Made by a program: the position numbers and the translations under genes. Positions 24,154-37,395 of a stretch of DNA of 64,000 nucleotides are shown here, one piece after another (position 1 is the stretch's first letter; each line of letters starts with the position of its first letter). This stretch comes from Hemiscyllium ocellatum. Taxonomy: Eukaryota. Where the stretch lies: NCBI RefSeq assembly GCF_020745735.1, contig NC_083410.1, positions 90,433,800-90,497,799 on the forward strand, in the 5' to 3' direction. The notes below the pieces were generated by a model. That model was not told the origin of the DNA. It saw nothing but the letters and a program-made list of their open reading frames with translations, and ran no database searches.

Positions 24154-27100
24154 AAAAGTCGAGGAGCTGCAGGAGAGTGCAAAGCCTGGAAGGGGCTGGA
24201 TATTGAGGTTGTGCCTGACCTCTGTAAAGACTTCCCCTCTGTGGGTAAAATTTACTCAGAAAGAACAAGGGAAGAAGGGAAAGAAGTTATAATTTTGAGA
24301 GATACAGGATCTAATCAGTCTCTCACAGTAAGAGATGAATGTATTTGCATTCTTTCTGATCTGTTACCCAAGAGTAGTAATTTGTGGGATGGATGGATAG
24401 AAATTTAGCGTTCCCCTGTGTCAGATCAGGTTGGAGAACCAACTCAACTGGGGAAGTAACAGTGGGAGTGATTGACAGAGTGTCAGTTCCAGGGATACAG
24501 TTTGGTTTTGGGAATGATTTAACAGGATCCAAGGTGGGAGTGACACCTCTTGTTGTGGAGAAGCCAAAGAAAGACCACAGAACTGAGGAATGAAAAGAAC
24601 AATACCCTGGAATTTTTCTAGACTGTGTAGTAACAAGATCCCACTACCATAAGTCACAGTAAGAAACAAAAACTGAAGAGAAAAAAGGAGTTGAGGTTCA
24701 GTTAGCAGATACCCTGTTTGATGTGATGGTGCAGGGAAAGGCTGATGAACTTACAACAGAAATACAAGACAATAAATGATATATATATTTTGAGACATGC
24801 TCAGAAAAGGAATCAATATATTCCTGAGGGTTATTATCTTAAAGATAGAATCATAAGACAAAAATAGAGACCACGGCAGGATAGTGCAGAGGAGAAATGG
24901 GCGGAACTGCACCAGATTGTGTTGCCAGTAGCATACAGGCAGAAAGGGTTACGGACAGCACATGAATTATCAGTCGATGGTCATCCAGGTGTGAGGAATA
25001 CTCAGGTTAAGGTACAAAAAGCACTTCTATTGGCCTGGACTGCACAAAGGTGTAGTTAGAGTTTGCTGTCCATGTCATACATGCCAAATGGTAGGTAAGC
25101 CACCGGCAGTAATAGACCAGCCCCTTTGTTGCCAATTCCCACATTTGAAGAACCTTTCACGCAGGTTATAATTGATTGTGTAGGTCACCTTCCTAAAACT
25201 AAACATGGTAACCAGTATTCGCTAACCATAATGGATGTGTCTACCAGATTTCCGGAGGCAATTCCATTCCAAATTACTAAGGTAAAACATTTGCTCGAGG
25301 AGTTAGTAACTTTCTTCATGTGGTCTGGGCTACCCAGAGAGATTCAGTCAGACCAAGGGTCTAGTTTTATTGCTGGGCTGTTTGAGGAGGTCATGGATAG
25401 CTGCGGCATACAGCACTTAAATCAAGTGCGTATCATCCTGAATCCCAGGGAACTTTGGAAAGGTGGCATTGGACCCTGAAGACCATGTTAAGAGCGTACT
25501 GTCAGGGTTACCTGAATGATTGGGATAAAGGTATCCCATTCGTATTGTTTGCTGTTAGAGATGCCCCAAATGAATCCACTCCGTTTACTCCCTTTGAGTT
25601 AATATTTGGACATGAAGTGAGAGGGCCTTTGAAATTAATTAAAGCGAAATTGACAGGACCAAAGTCGGAGATCTCACACTTGGATCATATATCTGAGGTG
25701 AGGGAGGGATTAAATCGGGTAGGTGAGTTAGCTAAACAGCAACTGAAGAGGGCACTGCAGAGAATGAAGCATGTGGCTGATAAAAACAAACTCTAAAATT
25801 CCGATGTTTTCCATTGGAATGATATATTAGTATTGTTATTAGAGATCCCTTCAAAGCCGGGTTTAGTGGTCCCTAGCAAACTGAGAAAACATTAAGTCAG
25901 GTAAACTATCTGGTAAAGATGTCAGAGAGGGAAAAGTAGTATTGGGTATATCATGTAAATATGTTGATACTTGATTATAATAGAGAGAGAGAACTGGAGA
26001 AACAGGCGTTAGTTCCTGGCCCACAGAGTGAGAAATCAAATCCAGATGTGATGGAGTTTGATGCACCTCAAAATACATTAAACAATGAGGAAGTCTTTGA
26101 GAAGTGGGATAGGTTAGTGAACGATCTTTCTCAGGAGCAAAGGCTTGTTGCAGCAGTATGAGGACATATGCAGAAATAAGATGGGGAGGACTAATGCTAT
26201 TGGGCATGATGTAGAAGTAGGGAATGCTGTTCTGATAAAGCAACACCCCTACAGGCTTAATCCTTTCAAAGCCACACAGGCCCAGATGGAGGTGGATGAG
26301 ATTCTCAATGAAGGTATCATTGAACCGAGTCAGAGTGAATGGGGTTCGCTGATCGGGTTAGTTCCCAAACCTGACAGGACTCAATAATTTTGTGTGGATT
26401 ATCGGAAGGTCAATGCCGTAACAAAATCAGACTCATACCTAATACCAAGATTGAAGGACTGTACAGAGAAAGTTGGACAAGCCAGGGACATCACAGCATT
26501 GGACTTACTGCGTGGTTATTGGCAGGTGCCTTTACCAGAGAAAGTGTTACAGACTAGGCCAGACAACACAAAACATTCTTAAGCAGGCAGCCCAAGTTAT
26601 AACTTTGCCCCAGTTGCTATCCCTCATGGACTGAAATTGATTCTGGAAGCCAAACTGAGTTTTATGGATGAGCTCATAATCATCAGCCCCTTCAGCTGCT
26701 AACCTTGCTGTTTTAACTCTCAGCTCTTCCACATGGTTCCTCACTAAGTTTACCCTCAGCCTTTATCTCCAGCCTTTTCAGCTGACTTTCCTTTTTAAGT
26801 GTCAATTCTTGAATTTCAAACGCTCTCTCTGTTTCCCTCTCTTCTGTTTTTAAAAGTAACTCCACCTGTTTCATTTCTGCTGCCCTTTCCTTATTTCTCG
26901 CCTCTAACTCAAGCTGCTTCATTTGCACTTGAATTCTTGCCATCTCTATAGATTCTAATGGTTTCTCCAGCAAGTTTAAATGCTGAGCTACAGCTGTAAG
27001 TATCTCTCCTTTCCCACAGAACCAGGCAGGTCCAGTTCCGGGTTCTCTGCTAATTTCTGCAATTGATCTTATTCACTTTTTGGAAGTTTTGCAAAGTCAC

Positions 27101-29120
27101 CGCATCCACACCCAGAAAAGCTCTGGCAACTGAAAGAGCCATTCCTATCCCAACTAAACCAACACCTGAAATAAAGACATTAGCACCTACCACTCGCTAT
27201 TTAAAACCATGCAAAGGGTGCCCAATCTGTTATGGACTAGGCCAGACCACTCAAAACATTTTTAAGCAGGCAGCCCAGGTCATTTTTTTCGGTAAGTGTA
27301 CAGTGAAAATTACCCGGAGTAAGTTGGCTCAGTTAACTACCAGGTTAAAAACAGACAAAAGTTCATTCACAAAACTGCACAATGAAACACAAACAACAGA
27401 ATAAAGGACCCCTACAGAACTCAGTCTATCTAAACTAGACTTAATTATGCTGTTCCGAATATACACAACAATCCCAATCAGCCAACTCTCCTTAAAGCCC
27501 AGTATAAATGGAGAACATGCTTCTAGGTTGAGGTTGAAGTTGAAGGGCAGAAAGAGAGAGAGAGAGAGAGTTTCTACACAGCTCATTGTTGAGCCCCTCA
27601 CCAGTTCAAGACTGAACTAAACTGCTAAGCGAGAGAGCTGACTGCTTCCCTTTCATTATAGATCTCACTTCTAAAACATGACCACTTTGGCCTGAAGTCT
27701 CATCTGTTTACATATAAACAAAAAGCCTCTCAAAATCCTTTTCATCTCTGTACAAAACCAGACTGATCAGAGCCTGCCCTGGTTTATTACCCCTCTGAAA
27801 AAAAAATCAGGGGCAGAGTATACTTGAACCAAGGAACAGCTGTTAGAAAATAAAGGGACTAGCTTTGTGACAAAAGTGAGAGACGTTTCTGCATTTGTAA
27901 CCCCAAATAAAAGTGATGCCTTTTGGAATGAAGAACACGCCACCCACATTCCAAAGACTTAGGAAAAGAGTTGAGACTGCATTGTGCAGTCTATCTGGAT
28001 GATGTAGTGACCTTCAATGAGTCATGGAAAGATCACATGGTACAGTTGGCAGAGCTCTTTGAATGATCAAGAGAAGCAAAACTGTTAATAAACTTAAAGA
28101 AAACCGCATTCGCGAAGGCATAAGTGATGTTCTTGGGACACAACATCGGTCATGGAAGGTTAACGGCAAGGAATGTCAAGATGAAGATCATCGAGAAATT
28201 TCCATGACCAACTACAAAGAAAGAGGTGTTTTGATTTTTGGCACTAAGTGGATTCTTCGTGAATTTTGTTTCAAACTTCAGCTGTGTGGTGGTGCCACTA
28301 ACAGATTTACTGAAGAAGAACACAAAGTTTCGGTGGACAGAGCAATGCCAGGAGGCCTTTGAGAATTTAAAAGCAGTTTTAGCTACACCAAATATTTTGA
28401 AACCCTTCATAGTTGCATTCAATGCCAGCGATATCGGAGTTGGAGCTGTACTGCTCCAGGAAGATGATGATGGAATTGAATGAACAATTGGCAACTTTTC
28501 AAAGAAACTCAACACCCACCAGAGAAAATACTCTACCATTAGAAAAGAATGATTGGGTTTGGTACTGGCCTTACAACATGTTAATGTTTATATGATGAAC
28601 AATGTGTCAGAGACAGTTATGTACATGGACCACAATCCTCACATTCTTGGAAAGACGTAAAGATAAGAATTTGAGATTATTTCATTTGAGTCTTGTGTTT
28701 TTATGTAATTCATTGTAATGGGATTAAGAAATAGGAAATAAAAATGAAGCCATCTTTTCATTACAGTGGTTCATTTTTTCCTTTGGGGGTGTTTATGTTG
28801 TTGAAGGCATGAACTGTACCTTTAAGAGCGAGTGAGTGCTGTTCCACACTCAGGGCTTGGAAGCACCTGTCATATGACCAACTAGTAGTCTCAGAGTGTA
28901 CTGGAAAATTGAAAATATGTAACATTTAGCTCTGAAATGCATACCTGAGTTGGTTGCTGTTTTGACAATAAATCGAATTTAACCAATCATTTTGAATTAT
29001 GCCTCAGGATACTAAAACCCAATCAAGTTTGAATTGATTGTTTTGCCAACATTGAACCAATGAAATGATCTGATGTTGGACATATAAAAAAAGGGAGGCA
29101 TTTTGAAAATCATTGTCACG
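24154..29120 (+). mobile_element. Gmr1-like Ty3/Gypsy LTR retrotransposon with pol order PR-INT-RT-RH, degenerate; 3' LTR from about 28795
   Basis: Protease ILRDTGS (about 24295), integrase HHCC (24961-25085) and D,D,E core (IIDCVG, SDQGSSF, ERWH), then RT (KQHPYR, DYRKVN, LDLLRGYWQV, YLDD at about 27992) and RNase H (ASDIGVGAVL). A G-rich tract precedes the putative LTR. Confidence 0.85.
26545..27872 (-). mobile_element. Nested, internally deleted LTR element (5' LTR 27228-27872, gag N-terminus, 3' LTR stub 26545-26610)
   Basis: TG...CA ends and 4-bp TSD AAAG (26541-26544, 27873-27876). The LTR end is repeated at 26545 and 27228. Gag-like reading starts at 27142 (MALSVARAFLGV) with a coiled-coil ORF at 26713-26973. 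Confidence 0.8.
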
Positions 29121-29139
29121 CTATTATTCTCATAGATAA

Positions 29140-30830
29140 CTGAGATTGACTCACAGAGATGTATAGCATGAAAAAAAGACCCTTCAGTCTAATATGTCCA
29201 TGCCAATCTGATACTCTAAATTAATCTAGTCCCATTTGCCAGAACTTGGTCTAAACCCTTCCTATTCAAATACCCATCCAGATTCCATTTAAATGCTATA
29301 ACTGTACCAGCTTCCATCACTTCCTCTGACAGCTTATTCCATACCCGCACCACCCTTTGCGTGAAAAAGTTGCCCCTTAGGTCCTTTTTAAATCTTTCCC
29401 TTAACCTATACACTGTTCTGGACTCCCCACCCTCCTAATTCCAGGGAAAAGACCTTGTCTATCCACCCTATCCATGCACCTCATAATTTTATAAACCTCA
29501 AAATAAGATCACCCCTCAGTCTTCAACACTCCAGGGAAAACAGCCCCAGCCTATTCAGCCTCTCCCTGTAGCTCAAACCTTCCAACCCTGACAACATCCT
29601 TGTAAATCTTTTCTGAACCCTTTCAAATTTCACAACATCATTCTTATAGAACGGAAACCAGAAGTGCACACAATATTCCAAAAGTGGCTAAACCAATGTC
29701 CTGCACAGCCACAACATGATCTCCCAACTGCGATATTCAATGCTCTGGCCAATAAAGGTACGTGTGCCAAATGCCTTCTTCACTCCCCTTTCTATCTGAG
29801 AATGCTTACAAATTTGCTTCTCAACTTCCCATTGATTGTTGTGGGGGTATCTATGTACAATCCCAATGAGGTGATCACCAATTTCTTATTTCGCGGTTTC
29901 ATCCATCCAGCTTCCCTGCACATACCCCCCAGAATATCTTCCCGAATTACAACTCTAATCTTATCCCTGAATCAAAAAGACCAATGCCCCTTCTCTCTTG
30001 CCGCACTTTCTTTTCTTCCTCTCGCATCAATACCCTGGAGCATTCACTGCAAGTCCTGTCCATCCCTGAGCCACATCTCTGTAAAAGCTGTGATATCCCA
30101 GTCCCATGTTCCCAACCATGTCCTGAGTTCATCTGCCTTACCTGTCAGGCCTTTCGCATTGAAATAGATGCAGGTTAATTTATTAGCCCAAACCTCATTC
30201 TCTGCTTTGTTCCTGCCTGCCCTGACTTTTTCACTTGCTCCATTCCCCAACTGCAACAGTCTCAGTCTGATCTCTTTTCTCATCTATCCTTTGAGGTCCT
30301 GACTGGTCCTCCTGACTAACTTAAGTCCTCCCGAGTTGCTCCAGAAAATCTTCCCATTGGTTTGTTCGTCTCCTTCCAATTCAGGGACAGCCCACCCTGC
30401 TTAAACAGAACACCCCGACTCCAGAAGAGATTCCAATGATCCAAAAATGTGAATCCTTCTTCCAGACAACAGCTCCTCAGCCATGCTTTTATCTGCTCTA
30501 TCCTCCTATTCCTCCTCTCACTAGCACATGACACTGTGAGGAATCTTGATATTACTACCCTAAAGGTCCTACTTTTATCATCCTGCAAAATTTATACATT
30601 GTCTCCTCAGAGTCTCATCCTTTTCACTTCCGATGTTATTGGTTCGAATGTGCACAACAACCTCCTGCTGGTCCCTCTCCCCTTTGAGAGTTCTCTTAGC
30701 CCACTCTGACACATTCTTGACCCTGGCACCAGGAGGCAACGTATCGTTCTGATGTCTCGTTATCGATCACAGAAATGCATGTCTGTGTCTCTGACTAGAG
30801 AGTCGCTTCAAGGCTCACAATACTTCTGAC
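29140..30830 (-). mobile_element. CR1 LINE fragments (3' end, EN start, ORF1 esterase)
   Basis: LRGNFFTQRVVRVWNKL; LTCIYFNAKGLTGKADELRTW...ITAFTEMWL; FTFLDHWNLFW. Confidence 0.8.
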
Positions 30831-31529
30831 GTGTCTTCCCTTGGCGCAGACACAAAGCCAGTTTATTGTGGTTTCCAGCCGTCATCAGTCAAGGGAGCGG
30901 ACATGTTGCTGTGCAGCACCGCACTACATCGATCTTACACCCGCACCATGTGACAACAGCGTCCAGTTTGTGTGAATGGTGTCATTCAAAGTGGAATAAA
31001 ATGAATGGAATGATATCAGTATCATTGACAGTCATACATCACACCCCATGGGACACACAGAGACACATCCTTGACAAGTCTTCTGTATCTAGATTGTTTC
31101 TCTCTTTGGAAAGTTAAGAGACCCCACCTACCTTGCTAGACTCGCTCGTTCTCTCTAAATATAAATTAACCGAGTCTTTAATGAAGGACAGTAGACCATG
31201 TCCTTCACAGATTCCAGCTTTGTCCTTCCTCTGTTTACTTATGTTTCTTTTTCGAACCAAAACCGACCAGTTTCTGTTTAAAGAATAGCTTCTTGCTTAA
31301 TAATTATCTCCATAGCAACCTCAGGACTGTCTTGCTTCTGGAAGCCTCTTAGCTGGGTCAAAGGTTTAAACATTCTTTATCAGCTCACACAGGCATCATG
31401 GAACTAACTCAAAACTAACAACCTCTAATCTACCTTAAACTGAATCAAATCCACACATTTTTTTTTTACCGTAATACAGACCACAGTAGAATCAGCTATA
31501 ACAATGCGTGACTTTATGAATATGTAAAT

Positions 31530-31682
31530 ATATGTTTTTGGGTTTTGGGAGGGAGCAGGAGTGCCCGGTGGAGGCCCCCACAGACACTGGGAGAACATAC
31601 AGACTGTCACCCAAGGCTGGAGTTGGGCCTGGGTCCCTGGTGCTGTGGGGCAGCAGTGCTATGCAGTGTGCCACCGCGCCAT
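31530..31682 (-). mobile_element. Degenerate HE1-type SINE 5' half
   Basis: Reverse complement ggcgcggtggcacactgcatagcactgctgccccacagc...ctccctcccaaaacccaaa. Confidence 0.7.
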
Positions 31683-32559
31683 CCCAAGGTGAAGCATTAG
31701 AGCTGGGAGAGAAATCAGAGAGCACGTTTCACACAAATGACAGCAGAAAAGGTTGATGAATCTTTGAAGGCCTGAGTGATAAATATTTATTGGGTAATTA
31801 TGATGAGAGATAAATGGAGTTGAGGAATAGGTCAGCCATGATCTAATTAAATGTTGGCAAAAGCTTGCCTCCTGCTTTCCTATGAGTAGTGCTGTGTCAC
31901 TAACTGCAGCCCAACAATGTCTCTTTCCCTGAACTCTAGTACCATGGCCCCTTTCACCTTCCCATTGCTTTCAGACAGGACCCTTCCTCAGGATCTGTTG
32001 TGCCTTTTCCAGCTCCAAGCTTCATCAACTCTGATTTCTCCAGCATCTGCAGTTCCCATTGTCTCCTTATTATTGAAGTGACTGATGCTGGAAATAAAGG
32101 AGAAGAGTGATGTGTATACGCCCTGCACTACCTTTCTGTTACTCAGTGTGTGTCTTGATGATGTGAACCTCCTGATCAACCGGAATATGAGATCAACCGG
32201 TTCCCTCCTGGTCCCATCGGTGCTGGATAATAAAATGTTTCCTGTCCTGGCCTGGAATATACACACAAAGGAACCTTTAGAAAGTTCAGCAGGAAGTCAG
32301 AGTTGAAGTGGATACCAAGCAGGTTAATCAGTCTGGATCCAGGGAAAAGGGATTTCAATTGTGTGAAGAAACCAAAGAATTTGGGATTGTTCCCTTTATT
32401 CAAAATTGTGAGACATTTTGATAGATTTGAGAGAGACAAAATCCTTTGAGAAGTGAGTCAGTAACCAGAGGTTAGATAAAATCTCTTTACCCATTCCATT
32501 CTTAATTTCTCTCCTGTACTTTCTGTGTTCTGCTTGGATCGGGACTGAATGATGAAGCT

Positions 32560-33990
32560 GTCAGTGTGGAACTGCCCTGCACAGTTGCTGATATTTGCCC
32601 CAGGAATGGCAGACAGGGGGAAATCGGTACCCCACACTGCGGGCAGGCTCCTGCTGGATGGGGGGCTGCTAACACCGGACTTTCTCCAGCTCCAGGGGCA
32701 GGAGAGGAGACCCCAACACCAGACCATGCCAGCCCTGTCTGAGGTTCCCACCCGGGTCAGTGCAGTCTCAGCCGCCTGGAGGAATGCCCAGCGCTGTCCG
32801 AAGAAGGTCAATGTCCTTCTCCACTCTGCCAGGTTACGTTGCACCATCTTCTCCCCAACACCTCACACTCACTCTGTTTCTGCTCCTGTACCCACCACCC
32901 AGTAAGGCTCATCCTTTCTCACTCTCACTATTGTCTGCAATATCTCCCCCACTGCCTGTTATCCAGCCCAACCCCCAACACCACTAACCCTGCATGCCCT
33001 CTGCACTGCCTACTCACTCAGTCAGGGCACCATGCCACACACACCAACAGCAACAGCTGTGCCATCTCGCTAAATCCCGGCCTTACTCTCATTCCAGGAG
33101 GAGAACAGCCCAAACAGGACAGAAAGACTCAAGGTGGGAGGCAGGCTGCCTGCCATTCGATAGCTCTCCCATGATAAGGAGAGGATCCTGACTCTGACTG
33201 CCCCGAGCAGGCCCTGGACTGGTACTGGAGGCTGTCCCTGACTGACTGCACAGGAAACCCCTGAGAGAAAGCTCTCTGCCTTGACTTGACTTGGGCCTGC
33301 TGACAACTCTGACAAGCTTCCTGGCTTTGTGTCTGTGCTCAATAACAAGGTCAGACAGCAGTGTATGAGCTTGGCTGAGAGGGAAAATGAGCAGATAATG
33401 TGAGCCAAAGCAATGGAAGGAGGGATGCTTGTACATCCAGGTCAGCTCCGAGTGAGTATGTGCTCTGAGAGTAAGTGGAGAGCCTGGAGATGCAGCCTGG
33501 TCCAGTCCATGAGCTGGGTGTGTGGCCCTAAATGTACAGGGTCCTTGCTGCAGTGTTACAATGAGAGATGTCAGTGCACACCAAGGGGCAGCATTGAAGG
33601 GCAGAAGGTTTCTGTAAGTGGGCTCGATATATGACATGGGAGTTTTTGAGGCTGGCACGTGTTGGATGCCAATGTCTGTGAAGGTGAGGAGCATGTGACC
33701 GATGCCCATGGACTGTGCCCTGAGATGTTGGTGTCCGGTCTCCAACATGAAGGTCTTTCAGACCAGGCTATGAGCTGCATCCATGAGTTTTGGTTTCCTT
33801 GTTGCGTTTTCTCAGAAACTGAGCTTGTTTGTTGAGTTTGGGAAGATGTGAGGCTGAATATTAATGAGCAGAGTTGGGCTGCTAAGAAGGTGGTGTTTAG
33901 CCGTCACTAATGTCCATCAATCCCCATCTCCCTGCTGCCCAGTGAGAGTTTCCACACACCACTTATCAAAAACATGAAAGATGGAGCAAG
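32560..33990 (+). mobile_element. PIF/Harbinger Myb/SANT-like (ORF1) gene remnant
   Basis: From ATG 32606: MADRGKSVP...RRPQHQTMPALSEVPTRVSAVSAAWRNAQRCPKKVNVLL resembles a Myb/SANT trihelix (W.EVA..VS....R...QC.K..NDL). It is followed by an intron-like gt...ag (about 32833-33097). Confidence 0.6.
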
Positions 33991-34153
33991 ACCATAATGA
34001 TGTTCAAACGGGCCTCGCTGCACTGGTCACCTGATTCTGTCACATGACTTACCATTGCCCACGTCACAAAGACCCCAATAAGATTCTGCTCACAGTTTAT
34101 TCCCACAACGATCTGCAATGTACATACATTGAAAAACACTCACACCCTCATGG

Positions 34154-34154
<1 letters not shown>

Positions 34155-34236
<82 letters not shown>
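34155..34236. repeat. (CA)n microsatellite
   Basis: Direct read. Confidence 0.95.
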
Positions 34237-34499
34237 AGCGACAAACACAGATGCACGCACAGAGACTCAGACACATCGACAAAGACAGACACAATGCAGA
34301 CCAATTCTCGAGAGGAAGCATGCCTTTATATAACTAACAGAAACACAAGAAGTAAATCACATTTTACAATTTAACTCTTTAAGTTGCAAGTACATTTAAT
34401 TGATTGCATACACTCTTGTGGTTTATTTATTTAAAAGAAATGAGAACTGTTTGGGTTTCTAAAAGATTCATGATGCTGTTTTGATGGAGATGTACTTTA

Positions 34500-36240
34500 A
34501 TTAACAAGAGGGAGAAAGCTCCTTGACCTCATCCGAATGAATCTCCCAGCTGCAGATGTATCTGTCCATGACATGACGGGGAAGAGTGACTCCCACACAG
34601 TCCTTGTGGAGGCGAGATCCTGCCTTCACATTCAGAATACTCTCCATTGTGTCGTGTGGCACTATCACTGGGATAAATTGGACTGATCTAACAACTCAAG
34701 ACTTGGTTTCCATGAGGCGCTGTGGGCTATCAACACAATCTGTTTTCCCTCGAGAGGGAGATTTCAAGAGTGGAGGGAATATTTTTAACGTAAAAGGAGA
34801 AACGTATCAACAAGACATGGGGACAACTTTTTTTACACAGAGTGGATAGTGTGTGGTATGAACTCCCAGAGCAAGTGATGGATGTGGGATCATTTACAAT
34901 ATCTAGAAGACATAAGAACAAGTTTATGAAAAAGAAATGTTTAGAGGGATATGGGTGAAGCACAGGAAGTTGGGACTAGTTGAGTTTGGGATTCCATTCG
35001 GCATGGATTGGTTGGACTGTAGAGTCTGTTTCTGCGCTCCATGACTCCTTGACTCCATGACTGTTTGACTGTTTGACTGTTTGACTTTACTCCAACACAA
35101 TCTACAACCTCATGGCCCTGTATATTCTCCACTCATCCATTACCATCAAGCCAAGGCACCAAACGGAAAGAGAGCATGCCGGAGCAACACCAGGTATACG
35201 TAAAAATGAGATGACAGCCTGGTAAGGCTACCAAACAGGATTGTTTACATGTCACACAGCATCAGAGCCAGTGATAGACAGAGCAAAGCAATCCCCAAAC
35301 CAATGGATCAGACCTATGTTCCATATTCCAGTCATGAATGTTGGTGGTCAATTGAACAACTCACTGGAGGAAGAATCTCCACAAATATCCCCATCTTCAA
35401 TGACAGAAGAGGCCCACACGTCTGTGTAATGATAAGTCTGAAGCATTCACATCAATATTCAGACAGAAATGCCGAGTGGATGATCCAATTTGGGTACCTT
35501 CAGTACTCCTCAGCATTACAGATACTGGTCTTCAGTGAATCCAATGCACTCCATGTGATCTCAAGGAATGATTGGAAAAGCTGGATGTTGGATATGAGTC
35601 CCAACAATATTCTGGTCATAGTACTGAAGACTTGTGCTCCAGAACTTCCCGCTCCCGCAGCCAATCTGTTCCTGTACATTTACAACATTCGGAATTCTGC
35701 AGCAAACAATTGACTCCCAAAGTCTGTCCCACCATCTGTGAATAACAAGTCAGGAATGCTATGGAATATTCCCCATTTGCCTGGATGGGTGAAGTTCCTG
35801 TAACCCTAAAGAAATGTGTCATCATTCAGGATAAGGCAGCCCGCTCGATTGGCACCACATCCACAAGCATTTACTCCCTCCACCAACGGTGCTCAGGAGC
35901 AGCAGTGTGTACTGTCTACAAGATGCACTGCAGAAATTCAACAAAGATCCTCAGACAGCACCTTCCAAACATACAACCACTTCCATCAAGAAGGACAAGG
36001 GCAGTCAACGGATGGGATCGCAAACAGCTGAAAGTTCCTCTCCATATCACACGCCACCCTGTCTTGGAAATATATTTTTCAAAATCCTGGAATTCCCTCC
36101 CTTAGGGCATTGTGGGTCAACCCTCAGCACATGGACAACAGCCGGGCAAGATGGCTGCTCTCCATCGAGGGCAATTAGGGACATGCAGTAAATGCTGGGC
36201 CCAGCCAGAGAGACACACATCCTGGGAGTGAATAAAGAAA
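34500..36240 (+). mobile_element. L2/CR1-group LINE fragment, paralog of 11830-12630
   Basis: SPNNILVIVLKTCAPELP and MEYSPFAWM...IQDKAARSIG motifs. Confidence 0.7.
34742..35092 (+). mobile_element. CR1 3' fragment nested in the LINE
   Basis: 11-bp TSD CAACACAATCT (34731-34741, 35093-35103) and a (catgactc/tttgactg)n tail. Confidence 0.8.
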
Positions 36241-37395
36241 CCTGTACAATCCACATTGTACTTTAAAAATGAGTCATTGCTGTAATGTAGCAGTGAATCT
36301 GTACACAGAGAGACCTCACATTCAACAATAAGAGAAATGATCAAACAATCTGCTGTCAGTGATGTTGGTTAGAGGATAAATATTAACCAGAAGACCATGG
36401 ATGACTTCACTGCTTGTCCTCAAAGGAGGGCTGTGGGAAATGTTACATCCAATGAGGAGCGTGGACTGGTGTTGTGTTACCAGCTCATCTGAAGTGGAAT
36501 TCTGTCAGCCTCAGACATGTGCTTGATCACATGACCCTGTGATGTCGAGATGTGAATAGACCACAGAGGCAAGACTGTTACTGAGAGTTTGTTTCAACCT
36601 CTGAAGACAGAATTGTAATAGTCAGTAGATTGATGGGAATGCTTTGTAACTTTGTTTCCAGTCATTTTTTAAAACAATATTTGACATTGTGAAAAATTTC
36701 AAGAAATTGAAACTTTATTGCATTTTTCAAATTTTCCCTGAATTTAGACTGAGCCAATGCATAAATCAATGTGTTTGTACAGGAGCTCAACAGTTGAAAC
36801 ATATCTCCAGTATAGTTTGCAATAAATATGGGATTAGTATAATGATCTGGCTCATAAAATGTATCTGTAATTCTAGAAATGAGGAAAAATATAGTATATG
36901 GCATCCACAGCACGATGAAAGTACCAGAAATAGCGAGCAGTAAAATGATGGATTTCCTTCGGCTCTGCATCTCTGGATCGTCGCTGTTCTGGGTGTTGCG
37001 TTGACCTTGCAGTGCTCTGCGGGTTCAATTCACCATCACAATGTGTCGGACAGTCAGTAGATTAAGAAGTAAAATTAGAAAGAATGGCAATAGTGGGTTT
37101 GAAATTTTGTCAAGCCAGTCAAAACTGATCCATCCTGGCAAGTTAAAATATTCTGGTTTGAAATGAGCGCCCCACTCCACATTGTTAATTATATAGATTG
37201 GCTCAAAAGCAAAACACAAAGGAATATTTTTGAGTGAGAACACAACACACACAGTCACTATCACCTCAGCTGCAGTTTCCTTCCTGCAATACTTTGCTCT
37301 CAACCTCTGGCAACAAATGAGGACAAAACGATCGACAGTGAATGCAACGGTGAGCCAAACAAAACAGTCAACAGCTGTGTAGTTGATCACCTCAT

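Noticed and set aside
33089-33748. 219-aa minus-strand ORF (and paralogous 10065-10523) as a novel gene
   Set aside because: It is the antisense frame of a Harbinger remnant with no recognisable domain. Similarity between the copies is explained by segmental duplication.
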